Of a stretch of DNA of 64,000 nucleotides, positions 18,122 to 28,180 are shown in pieces. The position numbers and the translations under genes were made by a program. Origin of the DNA: Candidatus Sysuiplasma jiujiangense (lineage in GTDB: Archaea > Thermoplasmatota > Thermoplasmata > Sysuiplasmatales > Sysuiplasmataceae). The DNA lies in assembly GCA_019721075.1 (NCBI GenBank), contig JAHEAD010000014.1, forward strand, positions 404 through 64,403, given 5' to 3'. Below the pieces are notes generated by a model. It made no database searches. It was not told where the DNA came from and was given only the letters and a program-made list of their open reading frames with translations. The number at the start of each line of letters is the position of its first letter. The stretch's first letter is position 1.

Positions 18122-18459
18122 ATTAGCACACAGTCGCTTGAGGCGGAGATTCTCGACGCACAAATTCAGATGCATTCATGTCATCTGTGCCAGGGCAGAT
18201 TATACGGCAGCTGAAATTGTGTTAAAACGCTGCACCTGCCAGAAATGGCTGTGAAGTTGCGGATCAGCACGTGAATTAGTGATACCCACAGCAGCGCAGG
18301 TGTCGGTCACGGCATTCGCATTACATGTTGACAGCTCCTGACTTGTGTAATCCGGCACATATGGTCTCAATTGCGCCTGTCCAGGCAACGCGCAGCCACC
18401 ATACTGTGAAAGCATCTGCGGCACTCCATGTTATCCTGTTGAATAATCAGCATGATGCG

Positions 18460-18473
18460 TTAAAATATCAATG
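18460..18473 (+). promoter_or_regulatory. TATA box/promoter of the KaiC-like gene
   Basis: TTAAAATATCAATG ends 17 nt before the ATG at 18491 and contains the same 13-mer as the vWA promoter. Confidence 0.5.
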
Positions 18474-18490
18474 CGGCATTTCTGATTCGC

Positions 18491-20356
18491 ATGGAGAAGA
18501 AGGAAATAGCGGCAAAAGCACTTGAATTTGCTGCAAGGCAGGAAAATATTGAGAAGGACACCGTCGCCGCTGGTCAGATCAGGGATTTTCTTGCCAGATA
18601 CCCTTTCAAAGAGAAGCCGGAGCTTCTGAGAACGATAGCTCCAAACGATCTTTATGACAGGAATGCCGACGATCGCTTTTTTGACTGGCTGACAGAAAGA
18701 ACCGGCATGGTAGGCCAGCTGTCCGGGTATGAAAAGGTCATCTTTTCTGAAGCGGTAAGACGATTTGACTTCCTGAAAGTGCTGCTCACGGTTCTTGTTT
18801 CCGACAAGAGGAGTGTTTCATTCAAGATTGATCAGAACTGGGGGGTCATACCGGGCTTTGGAGGCGACAAGCTGATCGCCAAGAAGCTTATCGCCATTTA
18901 CTACCCGGAAGGGGTGATCCCGGTTTTCAGGACTGAAGACCTGGAACAATTCTCGGTCCAGCTGGGTATTCCGTTTAAGAACAGTGCGTTACAGCGGTAC
19001 AGGAAGGATTATTCACTCCTCTCGGTAGGACAGAGATTTGAACTGCTGAATTCGGGATTGATGGAGTTCAAGGCCGCATATCTCGAAAAAATAACAAACA
19101 CACTGCTCGCATCATTCCTATATCATGCATTCCTGCCTTCCTTACCGCAGAAGTCCGCACCTCCGCCTGCAGCAGAGAAGCAGCTGCAGCCGAAAGCTGA
19201 AGAGGAACTTGCAAGGGCAACACAGGACTTCGAGGCAAGACTCAGGGAGGCTGACAGAACAATTAGGGAACTGAGGAACGAGGTGAAGAGCAGGGGAGAG
19301 AGCATAAGCAGACTTGAGGATAAACTGCGCACTCTGGGTGAGGAAATAAGGAAGAAGGAGTCCGACATTCAGCGGAGGGAAGAAATGATGCAGGAGGAGC
19401 TCCGGCAGTCGGATGCCAGGAATAAGCTTTTTAGCGAAGCCGAAAAGTCTGAACTGAGGAAAACGATAACAGAACTTACCAGACAGATAGAGGAGAAGGA
19501 AGAAAGACTCAAATCGCTGGAAAGGAAGCTTTCCGAACAGGAGGGACAGGTGAGGATAGGAGAGAGTGATTTCATCGATGGCGAAATCGGGACTTTTGAG
19601 AGTCCTTCCGCTCCGGATGAAAACCATCCAAAGGCAAAGACCGGCATTCAGAGGCTTGACGATCTCCTGATGGGAGGCATACCGGTTGGCTCACAGGTGA
19701 TAGTATATGGGCCATCATTCATCGGAAAGGAGATAGCAATCGACGCTTTTGCAGCCCAGGGTCTGAGCGAAGGCGTTCCACTTGTCTGGATCACCACAGA
19801 CAGGACAATAGACGAAATAAGGGAGGAAATGTCCCTCCTTCTGAACAACTACACGGAGTATGAGAAGAAAGGCCTTGTTTTCTATATCGACGCCTATTCA
19901 AGGATCGTAGGGGATACCTCCGTTTCTGAAAATACTGCATACCTGGATGACACCAGCAACGTAGAAAGCATAGGCGACATGACAAACAGCCACATTGCAT
20001 CGATCGACGCACTTGCAAAGGACAAAGGATACAGGCTGGTATTCAGATCCGTGTCGAGTCTGAGCGCGAACCACGACATAAAGAATATTTTCGCATTGCT
20101 GAGGCAGTTTGTTGCGCACAGGAGGAAGGACAGGTGTATCGGCGTCTACAGCATAGAAAGGGGCATCATGTCGGAACAGGATTTGCAGATAATAAGCAGC
20201 ATCATGGATGGAGTCATTGAATTTTCCACCGACACGAAGAACAATTTTCTCGCCGTCCGCGGGATATGCGATACACAGACAAGGGACAAAATCCAGTATA
20301 CTGCCGGAAAGAACACACTCAACATCGGTTCATTCTTCCTGGGCCGAATTAAATAG
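18491..20356 (+). CDS. Three-part protein: unassigned N-terminal helical domain, long coiled coil, C-terminal KaiC/RecA-superfamily (COG0467-like) domain with degenerate P-loop
   Basis: The E/K/R-rich heptad-like region spans about residues 225-355 (EELARATQDFEARLREADRTIRELRNEVK...). The C-terminal TGIQRLDDLLMGGIPVGSQVIVYGPSFIGKE resembles KaiC/RadA-like ATPases, but the Walker A ends in GKE rather than GK[ST]. Confidence 0.7.
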   Translation: MEKKEIAAKALEFAARQENIEKDTVAAGQIRDFLARYPFKEKPELLRTIAPNDLYDRNADDRFFDWLTERTGMVGQLSGYEKVIFSEAVRRFDFLKVLLTVLVSDKRSVSFKIDQNWGVIPGFGGDKLIAKKLIAIYYPEGVIPVFRTEDLEQFSVQLGIPFKNSALQRYRKDYSLLSVGQRFELLNSGLMEFKAAYLEKITNTLLASFLYHAFLPSLPQKSAPPPAAEKQLQPKAEEELARATQDFEARLREADRTIRELRNEVKSRGESISRLEDKLRTLGEEIRKKESDIQRREEMMQEELRQSDARNKLFSEAEKSELRKTITELTRQIEEKEERLKSLERKLSEQEGQVRIGESDFIDGEIGTFESPSAPDENHPKAKTGIQRLDDLLMGGIPVGSQVIVYGPSFIGKEIAIDAFAAQGLSEGVPLVWITTDRTIDEIREEMSLLLNNYTEYEKKGLVFYIDAYSRIVGDTSVSENTAYLDDTSNVESIGDMTNSHIASIDALAKDKGYRLVFRSVSSLSANHDIKNIFALLRQFVAHRRKDRCIGVYSIERGIMSEQDLQIISSIMDGVIEFSTDTKNNFLAVRGICDTQTRDKIQYTAGKNTLNIGSFFLGRIK

Positions 20357-20382
20357 CACCGGTGCAGCTTCATACTCACCTA

Positions 20383-21236
20383 TGCTGCCGGTGTCATCCA
20401 TCAACAGTCTCACAGGGAAAAAAGCGAACATTTCCACAGCCTCCACAGAGGCAGGGAGATATTCGTACTTCCAGGTGATTGGATGTTACTGGTGCGGGAG
20501 CGTTCGAGGATTCCTGTTTCAGCGCTGTTGCAACATGAAGCGCAGGTATCATGATTCCACCCCAATACACCGATGATGAGACCATGCCAAAGAAGGAGAT
20601 GGTCGCGTTGGTCTCGAGAATCGCTGAAAATTTTTCCGTCCAGCAGAGTGCCGATATGGTTGGCGGTTTCGGTAAAGCATAGCGCCGCCTTAAACAAAAA
20701 GTCGGATCAATTTCAGAGGCTGGCGAAGTTGGACTGAACCGAAGGGTTTTGTGCAAGGAAAAGGCAGTCTGAATCAGACTGAGACGCAGATTGACCGGTT
20801 ACGTGCCGTCAGGTAAGAAGTGATCTCCATGGGAGCGTCTTTGGTCATCAATGTATGCAACGACGCGCTAAGGTATGCTGAAGACAATGAGAATTAGAAA
20901 ATCGGAGAAGCAGTGAAGAGGGCAAACGCACGCAGTGATACCCGAGCGGATTTTGAATATCCGCTGGAACTCACCGATGCAATGACGATTTTGATTTTTG
21001 TCAGAAAACTGAATCTCACGATAAACCTCATGGTGAGTAAGGGCTTGCCGGCGGCGGACCTCAGGCACCTGTGTATTGCGAGAGTCAGCTTCGGGTCCGG
21101 CATTTCCAATGCCGCCATGCGGCTGCTCCGCAGCTCTTCATCAGAGATGCTCGAAAAGGGAATCTACCACCTGGCGACCGATGATGCCATAACCTTCGAC
21201 GAACCGAATTGTCTTGCCGAAATGAAAGGAGTCTGA
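20383..21236 (+). pseudogene. Decayed PEP mutase / isocitrate lyase superfamily gene (methylisocitrate-lyase-like)
   Basis: Recognisable pieces lie in shifting frames and are interrupted by stops: FHSLHRGREIFVLPGDW; DVTGAGAFEDSCFSAVAT*SAGIMIPPQYTDDETMPKKEMVALVSRIAENFSVQQSADMVGGFGKA*; EAGEVGLN; and the C-terminal PLELTD...GLPAADLRHLCIARVSFGSGISNAAMRLL (ORF 20913-21236). Confidence 0.6.
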
Positions 21237-21314
21237 GGTCTTCCGCCCGTGCGGGAAATACGCAACTCATTATTTCAGACAACATTCTAATAATGTTCAT
21301 AGAATCAGAGTTTC

Positions 21315-22982
21315 ATGAGATTCGACTTCTCGAAAATATTTCTGAGTTACGGGGTGAATTACTGCACGGATGATTTGCCTCTGAATTTAATGCTTGAACA
21401 CCTGGATTTCGGGCCAGACAATGACATGAGGGAAATGGGGCGCTACATTTCAACTGAGCTCATAGAAAGCGCAACCTATATCGATCATTATGCCAGGCCG
21501 ATACTGAAAACGTGGGATCTCCTTGAAGGAAGGATGGACGGCGTCTGGCTCTCAAAGGACCATTACAGAATACTGCAGAAATTGCAGGAATTCGGCACGG
21601 TCCGGAAGATTTTCAGCAGCAGGAACCTGATGTACCACTTTGTTTCAGGCTACCTTATATCAGATTCAGGCATCTTCTGCACCCTTACGCTCACCGCACA
21701 GACCGCCTACGCATTGTGGAAATATGCTGACGACGGAACAAGAGAATCCTTTCTTCCGAAATTCCTTGAGCCTGATAACCCCTGGTATGGTGCCACGTAC
21801 TATTCAGAAATACAGGGAGGCAGCGATCTTGGCAGCAACAGTACCGCGGCCGAGAACAGGAACGGAAAGTGGGAAGTAAACGGCAGTGACAAATATTTCG
21901 CAAGCAATGCAGGCATTGCCGACGGTTCAATCGTTACTGCTCGCATCGCCGGTGCGCCGTCCGGCGCAAAGGGCATTTCCATATTCTTTGTCCCTGCGCT
22001 CAGGAGGGACGGAAAAAGCAACTACAGGATCAGGCGCCTGAAGGACAAACTCGGAACAGTGGCAGTCCCCACCGGAGAGGTGGAGCTGGAGAGTTCAGAG
22101 GCATATCTGCTCGGAGACACAAAGAACGGGATTTACCAGGCGCTGGAATTGCTGACAATATCAAGGATCGATGATGCCCTGGCCGCGGTTGGAATGGCAA
22201 GGAAGGCACTCTGGGAAGCGTATCTTTACGCGGCAAAGCGGAAGGCGTTCGGGAAGGCAATCATCGAGCATCCGCTCCTCAAAAGGGATTTCCTTGAGAT
22301 GGAATCGGATCTTGAAGGAGCGCTCATCCTTTCGCTGCTTGCGGCGCGAAATTTCTCCCTTGCAATAGAATCCAGGCCGCCGTACGATGACACATATCAC
22401 TATGCAAGAATGCTCTCGCACATTGCAAAAAACATGGCATCTGAGACCGGGTCCGAGATAACGAGATACATGCTGGAGGTCATAGGAGGAAAAGGTTTTT
22501 TCGCTGAATTTCCGATGGAAAAGTTCCACAGGGATGCAATCGTCACATCCATCTGGGAGGGAACAAGCAACATACAGGCACTAGATCTGCTGGAAATCCT
22601 GAGCAGGAAACATACCCACGAGCGCCTCTTTTCAGACCTCTTTGCCCTGGCTGACGTTTTTCATGACAGCGAACTGAGGGATCGCATCTTAAACCGGATC
22701 AGGGAAACAAGACGGGATGTGGTGTCATTGCTTCAATCCGACAAACCGGAATTTTATGGAAAGGACATCATTGGAAGGCTTGGCCACATTACTGCCGCAG
22801 TCCACCTCACTGCCGTTGCAGAAAGGTCCGGATCCGCCGAACTCAGAACTGCAGCGGAAATATATTCCATTAGGCATGTGGAAAAGGGCGAAGTCCTCCG
22901 GCCCGAAATACTGGCCAGGGGGGAAACGCTCAACTGGATGCTTCAGAGAGGCGATAATATGAAAAGAGGTAATAAGAAATGA
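21315..22982 (+). CDS. Acyl-CoA dehydrogenase family protein (AidB-like, long form)
   Basis: Motifs YYSEIQGGSDLGSN and SIWEGTSNIQALDLL are typical of the acyl-CoA dehydrogenase fold. Confidence 0.8.
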   Translation: MRFDFSKIFLSYGVNYCTDDLPLNLMLEHLDFGPDNDMREMGRYISTELIESATYIDHYARPILKTWDLLEGRMDGVWLSKDHYRILQKLQEFGTVRKIFSSRNLMYHFVSGYLISDSGIFCTLTLTAQTAYALWKYADDGTRESFLPKFLEPDNPWYGATYYSEIQGGSDLGSNSTAAENRNGKWEVNGSDKYFASNAGIADGSIVTARIAGAPSGAKGISIFFVPALRRDGKSNYRIRRLKDKLGTVAVPTGEVELESSEAYLLGDTKNGIYQALELLTISRIDDALAAVGMARKALWEAYLYAAKRKAFGKAIIEHPLLKRDFLEMESDLEGALILSLLAARNFSLAIESRPPYDDTYHYARMLSHIAKNMASETGSEITRYMLEVIGGKGFFAEFPMEKFHRDAIVTSIWEGTSNIQALDLLEILSRKHTHERLFSDLFALADVFHDSELRDRILNRIRETRRDVVSLLQSDKPEFYGKDIIGRLGHITAAVHLTAVAERSGSAELRTAAEIYSIRHVEKGEVLRPEILARGETLNWMLQRGDNMKRGNKK

Positions 22983-24514
22983 ACAATCTGACGATACCCT
23001 CGGTATGGCACAAGACAGTGACCGATCGGCCTGATGAAAAAATAGTGTTCAGAGGAATGGAGGTGCCCTACGCAGAGGCGTACGCGCTTGCTTGCGGCTT
23101 CAGGAGGCATGCGCTGTTTGAAAAGCTGAATGACGGCGATGTGGTCGCCAGCATAGACTTCAACACGCTTGACAATTTCCTCATGCACACGTGCGTTCCG
23201 GCAAACGGTCTCGTGTTCGCACCGATCAACCCGATGCTGCCATCCAGTACAATACGTTCGGTGCTGAAGGAACTCGATCCGCGGATTGTCTTTGTAAACA
23301 GGGAACTTTCAAAAAATCTGGACCTGGACGAAGCGCCAGCACGTATTTTGGAAACGGATGGGAAATGGATATATGACAATATAAGCGCAGGCACTGACGA
23401 TTCAGGCTTCTCGCATGTATCCGAAAATTCGGGGGCTGTAATTGTTCTGACTTCCGGGACTACCGGTCCACCCAAGAAAATCCTCTATCCGCACAGGAAC
23501 ATAGTTCTTACAATAATGGCGATGTCGCATCTGCTGGCCTCAGTGGAGGGGCCGGCAACGTTGCGATCGGAGGACGTGATTTTTGATCTGATACCTCTCT
23601 ACCACCTGTTCGGATGGGGGAGCGCGTACATCGCGCCTCTGCTCGGAACCAGGATCATACTCGACGGCAGATTCGACCCCGCTTCTGTGCTCAAAAAGAT
23701 TGGAGAGGAGAATGTTACCTGGTTCAACTGCGTCCCCACTATGATTCATTTCCTCCTGGAAAGCGACAGAAACGGAGTACTGAAGGGCAGGAAGATACTG
23801 CTCGGCGGCTCCACAATACCGCAGGGTCTCAGTGACAGAATACTGAAGGCCGGCATGGAGTTTGCATCCATATACGGTTTTTCCGACGGACTCGTCGCGG
23901 GCATTGGCAGGGCGAGCAGCAGAGAGAAGGGCGAATCGCCTGAGGCTATAGAGGATAGGCTGAGGAGATCTGTCACAATAGCACCGTTCGCAAGAGTGGA
24001 TATCAGAAAGCTTGACAACTCGGATTACGGCGAAATATATTTTTCGGCACCCTGGCTTCCGGAAGGGTATATGAACGACCCGGGCAGAACGCAGATGGCT
24101 TACGTGAACGGATACTTCCGAACAGGAGACATAGGTTTCATAGATGCATTCGGGAGACTCGTCATAGTCGACAGGGTGGGGGATATGATAAAAAGCGGCG
24201 GTGAATGGATACCCTCCTCGTCAGTTGAGGCACTTGTTTCCACTCATGGAGCGGTCGCATCGTGCGCCGTTGTCGGCATACCCGATGAAAAATGGGGAGA
24301 GAGGCCTGTCTGCTTTATAATACCGAAGAAGGGTACAGCGCCTTCTGCAGGCGATATTGCGGAGCATCTGAACGCCATGGTTCCTGACAGAATTGTGAAA
24401 TGGTGGATTCCCGACAGGTTCATTTTCACAGACCAGTTTCCTGTGACAGGCACCGGAAAAATCGACAAGAGGGAATTGAAGAATACCGCAATGCGCAACA
24501 AGCCTGCTGAATGA
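22979..24514 (+). CDS. AMP-dependent acyl-CoA synthetase/ligase
   Basis: The start overlaps the upstream stop. Motifs VLTSGTTGPPKKILYPHRN and TGDIGFIDAFGRLVIVDRVGDMIKSGGEWI. Confidence 0.85.
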   Translation: MNNLTIPSVWHKTVTDRPDEKIVFRGMEVPYAEAYALACGFRRHALFEKLNDGDVVASIDFNTLDNFLMHTCVPANGLVFAPINPMLPSSTIRSVLKELDPRIVFVNRELSKNLDLDEAPARILETDGKWIYDNISAGTDDSGFSHVSENSGAVIVLTSGTTGPPKKILYPHRNIVLTIMAMSHLLASVEGPATLRSEDVIFDLIPLYHLFGWGSAYIAPLLGTRIILDGRFDPASVLKKIGEENVTWFNCVPTMIHFLLESDRNGVLKGRKILLGGSTIPQGLSDRILKAGMEFASIYGFSDGLVAGIGRASSREKGESPEAIEDRLRRSVTIAPFARVDIRKLDNSDYGEIYFSAPWLPEGYMNDPGRTQMAYVNGYFRTGDIGFIDAFGRLVIVDRVGDMIKSGGEWIPSSSVEALVSTHGAVASCAVVGIPDEKWGERPVCFIIPKKGTAPSAGDIAEHLNAMVPDRIVKWWIPDRFIFTDQFPVTGTGKIDKRELKNTAMRNKPAE

Positions 24515-24617
24515 GCGGACAGGCGGGTGCAGAAGACCACTGGCGCAGGGCAGGAAGTGCCTGCGAACCCCCGCAGGTTTCCATGAATTCAAATAGACAT
24601 TGGGAACTGTTGCAATT

Positions 24618-25532
24618 ATGCAGAAAGTTGCTGACGGCATATATTATCTTTCGACAGTCGGTGTTCCACCCACCACTTCCATCTATCTGGTGGAAAACGA
24701 CGGTGAGTGGGCTATTTTCGAGCCGGGACCGAATTCCGGGGCTCAGGCAATCACGGAAGCGCTGGGTGCCAACGGCATCAGCCCCAGTGAGGTGAAGTAC
24801 CTCATTGTTTCGCACATACATCTGGATCATGCAGGCGCCTCCGCCTCGCTCCTGGGCGCCTATCCGCAGTCGAAGCTGATCGTATACAGGGGTGCGGCCA
24901 GGCATCTTACGGATCCGTCCAAACTCATAGCTTCATCTTCATCCATTCTCGGTCCGTTGTTTGAGGCGTGGGGCGGGATGCCTTCCGTGCCCGCAGGAAG
25001 GATAATCGAAGCAGCAGACGGTCAGGTATTCAAGATAGGGGACATGCCGCTCAGAATACTGTATACTCCCGGACATTCCCCCTACCATCTTTCCGTATGG
25101 GCGGAAGAAACAGGTGCATTGTTCACCGGCGATGCTGTTGGAATGTACGTGAGGGAAAAAAATTCACTCTGGCCGGCGAGCCCCCTGCCTTCATTCAGGC
25201 TGGACATGGAGATGGATACCCTGAGGAAATTCGAAAGCCTCGGACCCGACGTCCTGCTCATTCCGCATTTCGAACCGGTGCCGGATCCGGAGCATTTCAT
25301 AGGCATGAATGTGGAAACATATTCAGACTGGCATGAACTGCTCGGAAACCTGAAGGAGAGTGACAGTCAGGATACCGCTGCAGAAACAATACTCCGCTCA
25401 GTGAAAAATTATGACTGGGTAAGAGACAACACACTGGACTGGCACATGTTCAATATGCACGTGTCCGGATTCCTCCAGTATGAGAGGACGGCAAAACAGC
25501 CGCCATCCGACGCATCCGGCACTTCCCGCTGA
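24618..25532 (+). CDS. MBL-fold metallo-hydrolase
   Basis: HxHxDH motif VSHIHLDHAGA, later TPGHSPYH. The ORF track starts at a TTG at 24600; I prefer the ATG at 24618. Confidence 0.8.
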   Translation: MQKVADGIYYLSTVGVPPTTSIYLVENDGEWAIFEPGPNSGAQAITEALGANGISPSEVKYLIVSHIHLDHAGASASLLGAYPQSKLIVYRGAARHLTDPSKLIASSSSILGPLFEAWGGMPSVPAGRIIEAADGQVFKIGDMPLRILYTPGHSPYHLSVWAEETGALFTGDAVGMYVREKNSLWPASPLPSFRLDMEMDTLRKFESLGPDVLLIPHFEPVPDPEHFIGMNVETYSDWHELLGNLKESDSQDTAAETILRSVKNYDWVRDNTLDWHMFNMHVSGFLQYERTAKQPPSDASGTSR

Positions 25533-25548
25533 GATGCACCCGGAAAAA

Positions 25549-27039
25549 CTATTCCGGAACAACCAGTCCGTACGCGATATCTTCTATTGCGCCGCTTCCG
25601 CTGTTGACAAAAAGATGCCTGGTCTGTGTGTATTCAAGTATACCCTCATGCCCAAGCTCCCTTCCCACCCCGCTTTCCTTGAATCCGCCCCTGGGCGCAG
25701 CGGCAGAGAGGAGATGATAGTCATTTATCCATACAGTTCCCGCATCTATCTGCTTTCCGACACGCAGAGCCTTACTGATGTCTCTTGTCCAGACGCCGGA
25801 TGCAAGCCCGTAGACTGTATTATTCGCTGTTTCCACGGCATCCCTCTCGCTGTCGAACTCGGTGACGGAAAGCACCGGGCCGAACACCTCCTCGCGCCCT
25901 AGTTCCATCCCGGGTGTGACACCGGACAGGAGCAGAGGCGGATAATAGAAGCCGCCTTCAGGAACAAGTTTTCCAAGCTCTTTCCTGAAAAGCACGTTTG
26001 CGCCGTCCCGCAGCGCTCTTTCAACCATTCCCTCGATCTTGTTCTTCTGTTCCAGAGTGGTTATGGCACTTATGTCTGTCGGCATATCCAAAGGATTTCC
26101 AGGTTTCATATGAGCAAGCATTCCCCTGATCCTCTCAACAAATTCGTTCTTTATTCCCCTCTGCACAAGCAGCCTGCTCCCTGATTCGCAGAGCTGGCCG
26201 GAGTTGAGGTAGATGCCGAAGACAACACCCTTTGCCGCCCTCTCCAGATCCGCATCCTCAAAGACGATGTTCGGTGACTTCCCGCCGAGCTCCAGCGTCG
26301 TCTTTTTAATTGCGGAAGACGCACTTGCTAGAATCTTTTTTCCCGTGGAGGTCGAGCCTGTGAAGCTTAGCATATTGACCTTTCCGTTTCGTGCAAGGGT
26401 ATCTCCAACCACGCTCCCCTCTCCGGTAATGACATTGAGCACTCCGGGCGGCATGCCGGCAGCATTGGCGTCCTTCGCCAGCTCGAAGGCGGTCAGAGGA
26501 GTGTAGTGCGAGGGCTTGAGAACAACCGTGTTGCCGGCAAGAAGGGCCGGTGCTACCTTCCAGACAGCCATCAGCAGCGGCACGTTCCATGGAGCTATTG
26601 CAGCAACGACACCCATCGGCGCATGCTGAACAACGCCCCTGGTGCCGGGATATTCAGGGTGCGCAATCCTCCTTGAAAAATTAAACTTCACACCGGAAAA
26701 ATAGCGCATGTGTTCAATCGCAAGCGGGATATCCATCAGAAGACTCTGCCTGAAAACCTTTCCGGTGTTCAGCGATTCAAGCCTTGCGTACTCATCGGCC
26801 CTCGACTGCATCCGTTCTGCCAGTTTCAGAATCAGCTCTCTCCTTCTTTTCGGCGGTGTTCTGCGCCAGACCCTGTGGAACGATTCGGCGGCAGAGTCGA
26901 CGGCCTCACCGGCCTTCCGCACATCAGCCATGACGGCAGTGGCAAGCGGAGAACCGTCAACCGGGCTGTATATGAGTGACTGCTCTCCGTCGAAATCCCA
27001 TTGTCCCCCGATGAAATTTCCGTACGCAGGCAGGCTCAT
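25549..27039 (-). CDS. NAD(P)+-dependent aldehyde dehydrogenase
   Basis: Motifs ELGGKSPNIVFEDADL, NSGQLCESGSRLLV and EEVFGPVLSV. Confidence 0.9.
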   Translation of the reverse strand: MSLPAYGNFIGGQWDFDGEQSLIYSPVDGSPLATAVMADVRKAGEAVDSAAESFHRVWRRTPPKRRRELILKLAERMQSRADEYARLESLNTGKVFRQSLLMDIPLAIEHMRYFSGVKFNFSRRIAHPEYPGTRGVVQHAPMGVVAAIAPWNVPLLMAVWKVAPALLAGNTVVLKPSHYTPLTAFELAKDANAAGMPPGVLNVITGEGSVVGDTLARNGKVNMLSFTGSTSTGKKILASASSAIKKTTLELGGKSPNIVFEDADLERAAKGVVFGIYLNSGQLCESGSRLLVQRGIKNEFVERIRGMLAHMKPGNPLDMPTDISAITTLEQKNKIEGMVERALRDGANVLFRKELGKLVPEGGFYYPPLLLSGVTPGMELGREEVFGPVLSVTEFDSERDAVETANNTVYGLASGVWTRDISKALRVGKQIDAGTVWINDYHLLSAAAPRGGFKESGVGRELGHEGILEYTQTRHLFVNSGSGAIEDIAYGLVVPE

Positions 27040-28172
27040 GCCTTCCCCTCCAGAGCCTGCCGGAAGAATTCCTTGAGCTGAGCCGAATCCGCGTCCCTCG
27101 GATTTGTTGTAATTCCCGTCGACTCCATGGCCATGTCCGCCATTCCGTCAATTCCGGCAACGTAATCATCAGCATCGATTCCCATCCCGTCCAGGGAGAT
27201 CGGCTGCCCTATTTCGGAAAAGAACGAAATCAGCGATTCGTCCAGCCGCGCTCTCCTGTGGCGGACAGGCATTAGCCGGTTGAGCCAGTCGTACTTCTCC
27301 CTTTGCACCCCATAGTTGAAGTTTACGACATAAGGGAGAAACAGTCCAACAGCCTTGCCGTGCGCGACATGGTATCTGGCGCCAAGTGCGTGCCCCAGCG
27401 CATGTGCAAGCCCTATCTGCGAGTTCGAAAATGCGAGTCCGGCCATGGATGCGGCCACATGGACCATCCCCCTCAAATGCAGATCCGAAGGCTTTTTAAT
27501 AACTTCGGGCAGAAATCCGGTCAGCATCTGGAACGACTTTTCCGCGAGTGCGTCTGAATATGGATTCTGCCATGTGCTCACATGCGCCTCGACAGCATGT
27601 GTAACTGCATCCACTGCCGTATTTCTTGTCTGCTCCGGCGGAAGCGAAACTACCATCTCCGGATCGAGTATTGAGATATCCGGCAGTATCTCGGGCGAGG
27701 CGAGTTCGTTCTTGCGCTTCTCCCCGGACTCAGTGACAACTGCTGCCCAGCTGCAGTCTGAACCTGTACCGCTGGTCGTGGGTATAGCGATCAGCCTGCT
27801 CCTTTTCCTGAGCTCCAGATGAACCAGAGGGGTTATGTCGTAAAAACTGATGTCGGGTCGCTCATAGAGCGCGAAGAGCACCTTCGCGGTGTCAATTGTC
27901 GATCCGCCTCCGAGCGCTATGAACCAGTCCGGAGCGAAGGACCGTATCTTATCCGAATGTCTGTTCATCTGGCTGAAGGTGGGTTCCTCCGGTATGTCCC
28001 CCACGAAAATATGTTTCGACTCAGCCGGAAGCGCGGAGACGACCTTCGCAGGCAGCTGCGTCTGCATCAGATTCCTGTCAACAACGATAACAGCCCTGGC
28101 GATATCGATAGTTGAAAGGTATGTGAGTGCATCTTCGCCGTATGCAATCTGGGGGGAGCGGAAAAACCACAT
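27036..28172 (-). CDS. Iron-containing (group III) alcohol dehydrogenase
   Basis: Motif ALGGGSTIDTAK plus His-rich metal site AHALGHALGARYHVAHG. Overlaps the ALDH start by 4 nt, consistent with an operon. Confidence 0.85.
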   Translation of the reverse strand: MWFFRSPQIAYGEDALTYLSTIDIARAVIVVDRNLMQTQLPAKVVSALPAESKHIFVGDIPEEPTFSQMNRHSDKIRSFAPDWFIALGGGSTIDTAKVLFALYERPDISFYDITPLVHLELRKRSRLIAIPTTSGTGSDCSWAAVVTESGEKRKNELASPEILPDISILDPEMVVSLPPEQTRNTAVDAVTHAVEAHVSTWQNPYSDALAEKSFQMLTGFLPEVIKKPSDLHLRGMVHVAASMAGLAFSNSQIGLAHALGHALGARYHVAHGKAVGLFLPYVVNFNYGVQREKYDWLNRLMPVRHRRARLDESLISFFSEIGQPISLDGMGIDADDYVAGIDGMADMAMESTGITTNPRDADSAQLKEFFRQALEGKA

Positions 28173-28180
28173 TGCAGACC

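Noticed and set aside
17368-18129. 253-aa minus-strand ORF overlapping the kinase gene in another frame
   Set aside because: The alternative frame (16425-18086) gives coherent TM helices and kinase motifs. This frame is Arg/Cys-rich with no motifs.
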